Positions 29,661 to 36,683 of a DNA stretch of 64,000 bases are shown piece after piece. The notes beneath the pieces are model-generated. The model had not been told where the DNA came from. It saw only the letters and a list, made by a program, of their open reading frames with translations, and made no database searches. The stretch covers positions 10,830 to 74,829 of the forward strand of contig CACXDM010000106.1 in NCBI GenBank assembly GCA_902766435.1. Direction: 5' to 3'. Position 1 is the first letter of the stretch; each line of letters opens with the position of its first letter. The position numbers and the translations under genes were made by a program. This DNA is from an uncultured Erysipelotrichaceae bacterium (lineage in GTDB: Bacteria > Bacillota_I > Bacilli_A > Erysipelotrichales > Erysipelotrichaceae).

Positions 29661-29969
29661 ATGGAATTCAAATATAAAAAAGTTACCGAGAATAAAATAG
29701 ATTTCAAAAATAAAGAAGACCTGTTAGCTAATATTGGATTTCCAATCACAAATAAACAGGAAATTTTAAAATACTTGCAAAATGGATCTCCTGCTGTAAC
29801 AACTTGGCTTCAAAAAGATGTGTTGCGGGGAGAAGACATTATCCAGGGTTACGCACTTCCGGCTTATGATGACGGAGAGTATGAATGGACAGAATTAGAG
29901 ATTTTCTATTTCAAGAAATATGATTTAAAACTTTCCGACGAATTCATTAGAAAAGCAGGTAATCTGTAA
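29661..29969 (+). CDS. Hypothetical 102-aa protein inside the inter-repeat insert (possible toxin-immunity-type protein)
   Basis: RBS GAGGT at 29652-29656, AT-rich codons, own terminator. The function is a guess from the pattern ILKYLQNG...DV...YDDGEYEW...YFKKYDLKLSDEFI. Confidence 0.75.
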   Translation: MEFKYKKVTENKIDFKNKEDLLANIGFPITNKQEILKYLQNGSPAVTTWLQKDVLRGEDIIQGYALPAYDDGEYEWTELEIFYFKKYDLKLSDEFIRKAGNL

Positions 29970-29970
29970 T

Positions 29971-29997
29971 AAACACTCCTCGGAGTGTTTTCATTTT
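29971..29997 (+). terminator. Terminator at the end of insert 1
   Basis: AAACACTC-CTCG-GAGTGTTT followed by TCATTTT, ending at repeat 2. Confidence 0.8.
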
Positions 29998-30033
29998 GGT
30001 GTATAGGGGACCGAATTCAGTCCCCCGTACAAC
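29998..30033. repeat. 36-bp palindromic repeat, copy 2
   Basis: Direct comparison with 29571-29606. Confidence 0.95.
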
Positions 30034-30222
30034 TTAGCTACCAATGAAGAATTAGAAAAGCTATTGGTAGAAATGATTAAAATCATCAATAATCAAACCG
30101 AGATATTAAAGAAACAAGAGGAAACTATAAACACGATTCAAAAAAGTTCTAGTCAATCCTCTATGTATTCAATAATATCAATTGTTATCGCGGTAATAGC
30201 TGTAGCAGTAGCAATATTGTTC
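30034..30222 (+). pseudogene. 5'-truncated fragment of a coiled-coil plus TM protein gene (insert 2)
   Basis: Frame is open from the first base after repeat 2: LATNEELEKLLVEMIKIINNQTEILKKQEETINTIQKSSSQSSMYSIISIVIAVIAVAVAILF. No RBS. Runs into the antisense of cas2. Confidence 0.5.
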
Positions 30223-30412
30223 CGGATTTTGGTGTATGTTTTTTTTAACTTTCAATATAGTTTTTCCCTGATTTCCTGCTTGTACATACTCTCATATATA
30301 CCTCAGGTATTATTATCTGAAATCCCATTTTCTCTAATGATGATCTGAATTTGCTGTATTCAGTTAATGTCCCGCGCTTATTCGTCGGGTTAAGAAGAAC
30401 AAAAACTCTCAT
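30185..30412 (-). pseudogene. cas2: Divergent CRISPR-associated Cas2 with in-frame stop and apparently replaced 3' end
   Basis: Manual translation: MRVFVLLNPTNKRGTLTEYSKFRSSLEKMGFQIIIPEVYMRVCTSRKSGKNYIES*KKHTPKSGTILLLLQLLPR*. Starts 2 nt after the cas1 stop and fits the type II Cas2 pattern (Y.KFR..L...GF....VY.R......P..G.I). TAA at 30245-30247. Confidence 0.8.
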
Positions 30413-30414
30413 AC

Positions 30415-31320
30415 TTATTCGATTATGCTTCCGATGTGTTCAAGGGAAAGAAGTGTAGGTAATAATAGTTTGTCAGATTGATCGAGAATGTAACTTCTGA
30501 TACTGAGAATCATGATTTCAATTGCATTTACGATTGTTGTCTCATGTTCGTTTATGATGCATTTGTTGAAGGGGATGGATGCCAGTGCTTTTCGCTGGGA
30601 AGAAGATAGTTTTGTGCTTTCGGATATTACAGGTATGACAGCTTCATCAACCATTGGTCTGAATGGTTCGATAAAATCATCAATCAGATTAAATGCATTG
30701 TATTGGTTTGAATGCCAAATTCCTTTGGCAAGAAGGAACCCTGATGCCGCGGCGTATTTAGCAATTTCTGCTCTGAGAATTGAATATCCATAATTAAGAC
30801 AGCTGTTTATTGGTGTGTACGTTCTGCGGTTAAGACCGGGAAAGAGGTGACTGAAATACTTTTTTGCGGCCTGCGCTTCGAGATGGTGTCTGTCACCATA
30901 ACAAACTGAGGGAATCATTGAAAACAGTTCATCGGCAGTACCGATCTTACCGGCCAGGGAAAGATGAAGAGCCTGGTTTCTGATTTTCGCTCTGATGATT
31001 TCATCCCAGATATAGTTTATCTTTCTTTTTGAAAGACTCAGCTGTTTTTCCATCACTTCCGACTGTCTGGAATGATTAACGAATGAGAGAGTCATTGAGA
31101 CAGGAAGGTAATGATGGTTGATTGTCATAAGCAGAACTTTTTTTGCCGCAAGCAGCATAAGGTCGTTTGTGGAGAGTCTGATTTCCGGGCCGAACGCTAT
31201 GACAATATCAAGATCATCAACCGGAATTCTGTATGTGTCTTCGTTTTCAGTGATTTCCAGCTGATGGTGATGAATATGAAGTTCTGCGGGATTGGATATT
31301 TCGAGAATTCTGAAACTCAT
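30415..31320 (-). CDS. cas1: CRISPR-associated endonuclease Cas1 (type II-like)
   Basis: MSFRILEISNPAEL start (RBS AAAGGAG), EAQAAKKYF, INSCLNYGYSILRA and GIWHSNQYNAFNLIDDFIEPFRPMVD. Catalytic E/H/acidic residues present. Confidence 0.95.
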   Translation of the reverse strand: MSFRILEISNPAELHIHHHQLEITENEDTYRIPVDDLDIVIAFGPEIRLSTNDLMLLAAKKVLLMTINHHYLPVSMTLSFVNHSRQSEVMEKQLSLSKRKINYIWDEIIRAKIRNQALHLSLAGKIGTADELFSMIPSVCYGDRHHLEAQAAKKYFSHLFPGLNRRTYTPINSCLNYGYSILRAEIAKYAAASGFLLAKGIWHSNQYNAFNLIDDFIEPFRPMVDEAVIPVISESTKLSSSQRKALASIPFNKCIINEHETTIVNAIEIMILSIRSYILDQSDKLLLPTLLSLEHIGSIIE

Positions 31321-31339
31321 TTCTGCTCCTTTCATGAAT

Positions 31340-31363
31340 AAAAAAGACTGCTTTCGCAGCCTT
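31340..31363 (-). terminator. Terminator after the GlsB-family gene, immediately upstream of cas1
   Basis: Minus strand AAGGCTGC-GAAA-GCAGTCTT-TTTT. Confidence 0.8.
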
Positions 31364-31371
31364 AGTTTGAT

Positions 31372-31617
31372 TTACTTCTTGATGAATTTTCTGTATCCCC
31401 AGATGACGATGCAGGCACCGATCACTGAGAAGATAAGATCACCGAGCCAGCCGGTTGATCCGATCTGCAGAAGTCCGCCAACCAGTCCGCCGACGATACC
31501 ACCGACGATACCGAGCAGTAAATTGAAGACAATATTGGAACTGTCTGCCTTCATTAACTGAGATGCAATATAACCTGCTACAGCTCCAACAACCAAACTA
31601 ATCAGAATATGCAGCAT
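31372..31617 (-). CDS. GlsB/YeaQ/YmgE (transglycosylase-associated) membrane protein
   Basis: GAVAGYIASQLM...NLLLGIVGGIVGG...SVIGACIVIW. RBS GGAGG. Confidence 0.9.
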   Translation of the reverse strand: MLHILISLVVGAVAGYIASQLMKADSSNIVFNLLLGIVGGIVGGLVGGLLQIGSTGWLGDLIFSVIGACIVIWGYRKFIKK

Positions 31618-31711
31618 TTAAACTTACCTCCTGTTATCTCTGATACGTATTGTATATTAGCACAAAGAGGGAAAATGGAAAGATTCATCAGTGAAAATTA
31701 AGTGAATCTTT

Positions 31712-32581
31712 TTATTCTGCTCCTATGACATATTTCAGGAGAAATCCTTCTCTGACATTCGTTTCGGAAACGAGAATTGTCTCTGTGCCGAACATTCTGC
31801 AGATGTCCAGAATGATATGAATACCCGGGGCGAGAAACGGCTGACGTGAGGGATCGATTGTCTGTCTGAGGGCAGAGATGTATTCCTCTTTTCCTTCTGT
31901 AAGACCTTTATATACATTTTCCAGTATAGCTACGGGAAGGGTATGTCCGGTATGAAATAAAGCAGAAGATAGTATTCCGGCAGCCCGGATTGTTCCGCCG
32001 ATGCCGATCAGAGTATCAGACTGAACGGCAAATGACGGATTTCCGTCAGTATATTCTTTCAGCATCTTTTCACAGGTATCCGTATCTTTTGGAAGACTTG
32101 CCATTCTCACACATCCGACCGGCAGACTGACTGCATCCGTCATCTTTCCTTCAGAGAAGGCGATCAGTTCACTGGAACCTCCGCCGACATCAAATGCCAG
32201 ACCTTCTTTAATATCCGGATAGAAAACTTTGCTGCCGATATATTCACATTCCGCTTCTTCCTCACCGGAAAGTGCGCGTACAGTGAAAGAAGTCTTCTGC
32301 AGTCTGTTCAGCAGTTCACTGCGGTTGCTTACTCTTCCCGGTTCGGTAATGCCGGCATAACGGACAGAGATATTCATTTCATCAAGTACACGGGCATATT
32401 CTGAAAGGATCTCAAAGGCTTTGTTTATGCCTTCCTGTGACATTGTTCCGTCTTTGACATACTGAATCAGATGAGCGGGGGTGGAACGGTAAGACAGCAT
32501 TTTCGGGATCTGGTCTTCCATTTCGTATATGATCAGAACAATCGTATTTGATCCGATGTCTGCGATTCCGTATTTTGTCAT
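31712..32581 (-). CDS. Ppx/GppA family phosphatase
   Basis: IADIGSNT, LSGEEEA, DVGGGSSEL, GIGGTIRA and VREGFL. Confidence 0.88.
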   Translation of the reverse strand: MTKYGIADIGSNTIVLIIYEMEDQIPKMLSYRSTPAHLIQYVKDGTMSQEGINKAFEILSEYARVLDEMNISVRYAGITEPGRVSNRSELLNRLQKTSFTVRALSGEEEAECEYIGSKVFYPDIKEGLAFDVGGGSSELIAFSEGKMTDAVSLPVGCVRMASLPKDTDTCEKMLKEYTDGNPSFAVQSDTLIGIGGTIRAAGILSSALFHTGHTLPVAILENVYKGLTEGKEEYISALRQTIDPSRQPFLAPGIHIILDICRMFGTETILVSETNVREGFLLKYVIGAE

Positions 32582-32671
32582 TCTTATCACCTCAGTTCAA
32601 TCATAATGAAAAATGAATGAAAACTGAATAGCCCGATGCTATAATGGTTGAAGAAAACTCGGAGGAATTTC

Positions 32672-33385
32672 ATGTATAAACGTGTTCTTTTAAAGCTCAG
32701 CGGCGAAGCGCTTGCCGGAAATGAGAAAAACTTTGATCCGGTCGTACTTCATTCTCTTGCAAAAGAGATCAAGGAAGCACAGGAGCTTGGAATTGAAATT
32801 GCCATTGTGGTCGGCGGCGGAAACTTTATCCGCGGCAAGACGGTTTCCGATATTGGAATTGAAAGAGTACAGGGCGATTATATGGGAATGCTCGCTACAA
32901 TCATTAATGCCCTTGCCATCCAGGCAGCGCTTGAAGCGGTCGGTGTTGATACAAGATGCCAGACTTCAATCGATATTCCGAAGGTTGCTGAACCGTTCAT
33001 TCAGAGAAGGGCTGTCAGACACCTTGAAAAAGGCAGAGTAGTTATCTTCGGCGGAGGTACGGGAAGCCCGTATTTCTCAACTGACACAACAGCAGCACTG
33101 AGAGCCAGCGAAATCAAGGCAGATGTCATCCTGATGGCCAAGAACGGTGTTGACGGTGTATATTCGGCTGATCCGAAGACGAATCCGGATGCGGTAAGAT
33201 ATGATCATCTGACATATATGGATCTGCTGAACAAAGGTCTGCAGGTTATGGATTCGACAGCTACCAGCATGTGCATGGACAACAACATGGAACTCATGGT
33301 ATTCAACATGAACGAAGCAGGAAATATCGTCAGAGCAATGAAAGGCGAGAAAATAGGAACGATCATCAACAAGGAGGAAAACTGA
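32672..33385 (+). CDS. pyrH: Uridylate kinase
   Basis: [33 protein letters not shown] and DGVYSADP. Confidence 0.97.
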   Translation: MYKRVLLKLSGEALAGNEKNFDPVVLHSLAKEIKEAQELGIEIAIVVGGGNFIRGKTVSDIGIERVQGDYMGMLATIINALAIQAALEAVGVDTRCQTSIDIPKVAEPFIQRRAVRHLEKGRVVIFGGGTGSPYFSTDTTAALRASEIKADVILMAKNGVDGVYSADPKTNPDAVRYDHLTYMDLLNKGLQVMDSTATSMCMDNNMELMVFNMNEAGNIVRAMKGEKIGTIINKEEN

Positions 33386-33387
33386 TT

Positions 33388-33939
33388 ATGTCAACATATC
33401 CGATTCTCGATTCCAGTTCCGTGAAAATGGATAAGGTTATTGACCATCTGCAGTCTGAACTGAATACAGTCAGAACAGGAATGGCAAATGCATCGATGCT
33501 GAACAAGGTAATGGTGGATTACTACGGATCTCCCACACCGCTCAACCAGATTGCCGGCATCTCCGTTTCTGAAGGAAGAACACTCATTATCAAGCCGTAT
33601 GATCCGAGCAGTCTGAAGGATATTGAAAAGGCATGTCAGGCAGCTGATCTCGGAATCAACCCGCAGAATGACGGTTCTGTCGTCCGTCTGACGGTCCCTC
33701 AGCTGACCGGTGACACACGTAAGGAAATGTCCAAGAAAGTCTCCAAGATGGCAGAGGAAGCCAAAGTACAGATCCGCAACATCCGCCGTGACGCAAATCA
33801 GGTTGTCAAGAAGGATAAGACAATGGATGAGGATTCCCAGAAGGATGCTCAGAATGAGATCCAGAAACTGACGGACAAATACATCAAGAAGATTGATGAA
33901 ATGGCCGATGCAAAGAACAAGGAAGTACTGAAGAAGTAA
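33388..33939 (+). CDS. frr: Ribosome recycling factor
   Basis: VRTGMAN, DYYGSPTPLNQIA and AKVQIRNIRRDAN. Confidence 0.97.
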   Translation: MSTYPILDSSSVKMDKVIDHLQSELNTVRTGMANASMLNKVMVDYYGSPTPLNQIAGISVSEGRTLIIKPYDPSSLKDIEKACQAADLGINPQNDGSVVRLTVPQLTGDTRKEMSKKVSKMAEEAKVQIRNIRRDANQVVKKDKTMDEDSQKDAQNEIQKLTDKYIKKIDEMADAKNKEVLKK

Positions 33940-33963
33940 GAGGATGCGCAGGCATCCTTTTTT
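33939..33963 (+). terminator. Rho-independent terminator
   Basis: AGGATGC-gcag-GCATCCT followed by a T-run. Confidence 0.8.
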
Positions 33964-34041
33964 CATATCCTGATAACTGAGCCGTGTTTTCCTTTTACGT
34001 ATAAAAGGATATAATATACGGGATTGAACGGAGTATTGATC

Positions 34042-34746
34042 ATGAATAAATGCAGACATCTTGCCATTATTATGGACGGCAACGGAAGATGGGCAAAAGC
34101 CCAGGGAAAACCGAGAACAGCAGGCCATCTGGCCGGTGCAGACAACGTAAGAACGATTGCGATCGCTGCCGATCAGGCCGGTGTGGAATATCTGACAATG
34201 TATGCTTTTTCAACGGAGAACTGGAAGCGGGCAGCTGACGAAGTAAACTACATCATGAAGCTTCCGGCAGTATTCTTTAAAAAATACATGCAGGAATTCA
34301 TCGACCGGGGATTCAGGATGTGGATTATCGGCGAGCTTGATGCGCTTCCTGCAGCCACAAGAGATGTATTGATGGATGCGATGGAAAAGTCAAAGACAAA
34401 TACCGGACTGAATCTGATCATATGTATGAATTACGGCTCACAGAGAGAGATTCTTCTTGCCGCAAAGGCATACGCGAAAGATGTCCTTGAAGGAAAAGCG
34501 GATCTGGATATCACGGAGGAACAGTTTGAGGATTATCTGATGACAAAGGGTTTCCCGCCGGTTGATCTTCTGATCCGTACAAGCGGCGAGCTGCGTATTT
34601 CCAATTATCTGTTATGGCAGATTGCCTATGCCGAACTGGAGTTTGTGCCTGAGGCATGGCCGGAATTCACTCCGGAAGTGCTGAACAGATGTCTGGAGGA
34701 ATATCAGAACCGTGACCGTCGGTTCGGAGGCGTGAAAAATGTCTAA
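34042..34746 (+). CDS. uppS: Undecaprenyl diphosphate synthase
   Basis: HLAIIMDGNGRWA, AFSTENWKR and DLLIRTSGELRISNYLLWQ. Confidence 0.97.
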   Translation: MNKCRHLAIIMDGNGRWAKAQGKPRTAGHLAGADNVRTIAIAADQAGVEYLTMYAFSTENWKRAADEVNYIMKLPAVFFKKYMQEFIDRGFRMWIIGELDALPAATRDVLMDAMEKSKTNTGLNLIICMNYGSQREILLAAKAYAKDVLEGKADLDITEEQFEDYLMTKGFPPVDLLIRTSGELRISNYLLWQIAYAELEFVPEAWPEFTPEVLNRCLEEYQNRDRRFGGVKNV

Positions 34747-35527
34747 AATGCTTCAGAAAAGTCTTGTGGGCATTCTGATGATTGCGGTTGCGCTTCCGAT
34801 ACTGATTTTCGGCGGCATTCCTCTTCGGATTATGCTGGTGGTTCTGTTGGTGATGGCAGCGTATGAAGGAACTTCGCTGACGGATCAGCAGCCGCATTAT
34901 GACCTGACTGTTGTTTCAGCGGCAGCCATGATCGGACTTGCCTTTGTGCCGGATGCATATACAGCTGTTGTACTTGCCGCATTGATTACGGTTATGTTCA
35001 CATTGATTCTCTTTGATGAGAATAAAACAACAGATATGGTTGTCTATTCGGTATTGATTTCAGTCATATGCGGTCTTGGTGTGAGAAGCGTAATCAGACT
35101 GTATGCCGGTTCGGACAGTGAAGGCTTCCGGACGATGATGTATATCTGTATTGCCTGTTTCGGATGTGATACAGGTGCGTATTTTGCCGGTGTCAGGTTC
35201 GGCAAACACAAAATGATTCCGCGTATTTCGCCGAATAAGACATGGGAAGGCGCGGTTGGCGGGTATCTCGCAGGCGCTGTCGGTTCATTCGTATTTGCGT
35301 ATTTTCTGATTAACCGTCTGCCGATGCCGATGATCATAACGGGAAGTCTGCTTCTGCCGGCTGCGGCGGAGATCGGTGATCTGAGTTTTTCCAGCCTGAA
35401 AAGAAGATTTCAGATTAAGGACTTCTCGAATCTGTTTCCCGGTCACGGCGGTATTCTCGACAGAGTGGACAGCATACTGTTCTGTCTGATGGTGTTTCAG
35501 TGTCTGCTGACAATATGGGGGTTATGA
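34739..35527 (+). CDS. cdsA: Phosphatidate cytidylyltransferase
   Basis: DTGAYF, ISPNKTWEG and KDFSNLFPGHGGILDRVDS. Confidence 0.95.
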   Translation: MSKMLQKSLVGILMIAVALPILIFGGIPLRIMLVVLLVMAAYEGTSLTDQQPHYDLTVVSAAAMIGLAFVPDAYTAVVLAALITVMFTLILFDENKTTDMVVYSVLISVICGLGVRSVIRLYAGSDSEGFRTMMYICIACFGCDTGAYFAGVRFGKHKMIPRISPNKTWEGAVGGYLAGAVGSFVFAYFLINRLPMPMIITGSLLLPAAAEIGDLSFSSLKRRFQIKDFSNLFPGHGGILDRVDSILFCLMVFQCLLTIWGL

Positions 35528-35528
35528 A

Positions 35529-36683
35529 ATGAAGAATCTTGTACTGCTCGGAGCCAGCGGATCAATCGGAAGACAGACCATCGATGTTGTTCTTCAGCAT
35601 CCTGATCTTTTTGCTGTCAGGGCTCTTTCCGTCGGCAGAAACATCGGCCAGCTCAGAAAGATACTGAAGGATGTTCCGGTGGATCAGGTATGTGTTCAGA
35701 ATCCGGAAGATGCCCGGTTGCTGAAAACAGAATATCCGTCCGTCGAATTTCTCAGCGGAGACGAAGGACTGGATATTCTCGCACAGCGGAATGACTATGA
35801 TGTTCTGGTAAATGCGCTTGTCGGTTTTGCCGGTTTTTCACCGACCCTTAAGGCAATAGAAAGCGGACATGATGTTGCGCTTGCCAACAAGGAGACGCTT
35901 GTTGTCGGCGGACAGCTGATTTATGATGCGCTGAAAAAGCACGGCAGATCACTTTACCCGATTGACAGTGAGCACAGCGCCATTTTCCAGTGTCTGCAGG
36001 GCAACCGGAAGAAAGATGTCAGAAGGCTGATTATTACTGCTTCAGGCGGTGCTTTCCGCCGTCTTTCCAGAGATCAGCTGACAGATGTGACGGCTGCCGA
36101 TGCATTGGCTCATCCCAACTGGTCAATGGGTGATAAAATCACGATCGACAGTGCCACTATGATGAATAAAGGCTTTGAAGTGACTGAGGCACACTGGCTA
36201 TTTGATATGGATTATGACCGTATTGATGTTCTGATGCATGATGAATCGGTTGTTCATTCCATGGTTGAGTTTATCGATCACAGTGTCATGGCACAGATGG
36301 GCGCGCCGGATATGCGTCTGCCGATTCAGTATGCATTGTCATGGCCGGAACGTTTTGAACTGCAGCAGGATGAGCCGCTTGATCTTGCGGCCATCGGAAC
36401 ACTGCATTTCCGTGCTCCGGACTATGAGCGTTTTCCGCTTCTGAAACTGGCTTATGAAGCGGGAAAGAAGGGTGGTAATCTTGATGCGGTGATGAATGCC
36501 GCAAATGAAGCTGCCAATCTCGCATTCAGGGAGGGTAAAATTCCGTTTCTGATGATCGAGGATATTATCATTTCAGCAGTCCGTGACGCGGCATTCAGTG
36601 AGGTTAAATGTGTTGAGGATCTGCTTGAAGCGGACCGTTTCGGACGGGAATATGCTGAGGAAATGATCAGGAGAAAGTGCTGA
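35529..36683 (+). CDS. dxr: 1-deoxy-D-xylulose-5-phosphate reductoisomerase
   Basis: LGASGSIG, ALANKE, PIDSEHSAIFQ and HPNWSMGDKITIDSATMMNKG. Confidence 0.97.
   Translation: MKNLVLLGASGSIGRQTIDVVLQHPDLFAVRALSVGRNIGQLRKILKDVPVDQVCVQNPEDARLLKTEYPSVEFLSGDEGLDILAQRNDYDVLVNALVGFAGFSPTLKAIESGHDVALANKETLVVGGQLIYDALKKHGRSLYPIDSEHSAIFQCLQGNRKKDVRRLIITASGGAFRRLSRDQLTDVTAADALAHPNWSMGDKITIDSATMMNKGFEVTEAHWLFDMDYDRIDVLMHDESVVHSMVEFIDHSVMAQMGAPDMRLPIQYALSWPERFELQQDEPLDLAAIGTLHFRAPDYERFPLLKLAYEAGKKGGNLDAVMNAANEAANLAFREGKIPFLMIEDIIISAVRDAAFSEVKCVEDLLEADRFGREYAEEMIRRKC

Larger units (their letters stand above)
29571..30033. CRISPR. Atypical CRISPR-like array: two 36-bp repeats separated by a 391-bp gene-containing insert
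   Basis: GGTGTATAGGGGACCGAATTCAGTCTCCCGTACAAC (29571-29606) and GGTGTATAGGGGACCGAATTCAGTCCCCCGTACAAC (29998-30033) are 35/36 identical. The reverse complement starts GTTGTA like type II-C/VI-B repeats. Adjacent to cas2 and cas1. Confidence 0.75.

Noticed and set aside
30231-30237. GGTGTAT as a true third repeat
   Set aside because: Only 7 of 36 bases match and they lie within Cas2-like coding sequence. Kept only as a low-interest microhomology.
30064-30348. 94-aa ORF from the track as a genuine complete gene
   Set aside because: It has no RBS, the frame is already open from the repeat edge, and the 3' third is just the antisense of cas2. It is treated as a chimeric fragment.
31470-31515. 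Short tandem repeats (CCGACGATA, AGTCCGCC)
   Set aside because: Explained by the GIVG/GLVG repeats of the GlsB-family protein.
27304-31712. tracrRNA/anti-repeat, Cas effector, casposon TIRs or polB, integron integrase
   Set aside because: None found by eye in the island. Intergenic space is too small for an effector, and the Cas1 looks type II-like rather than casposase-like.
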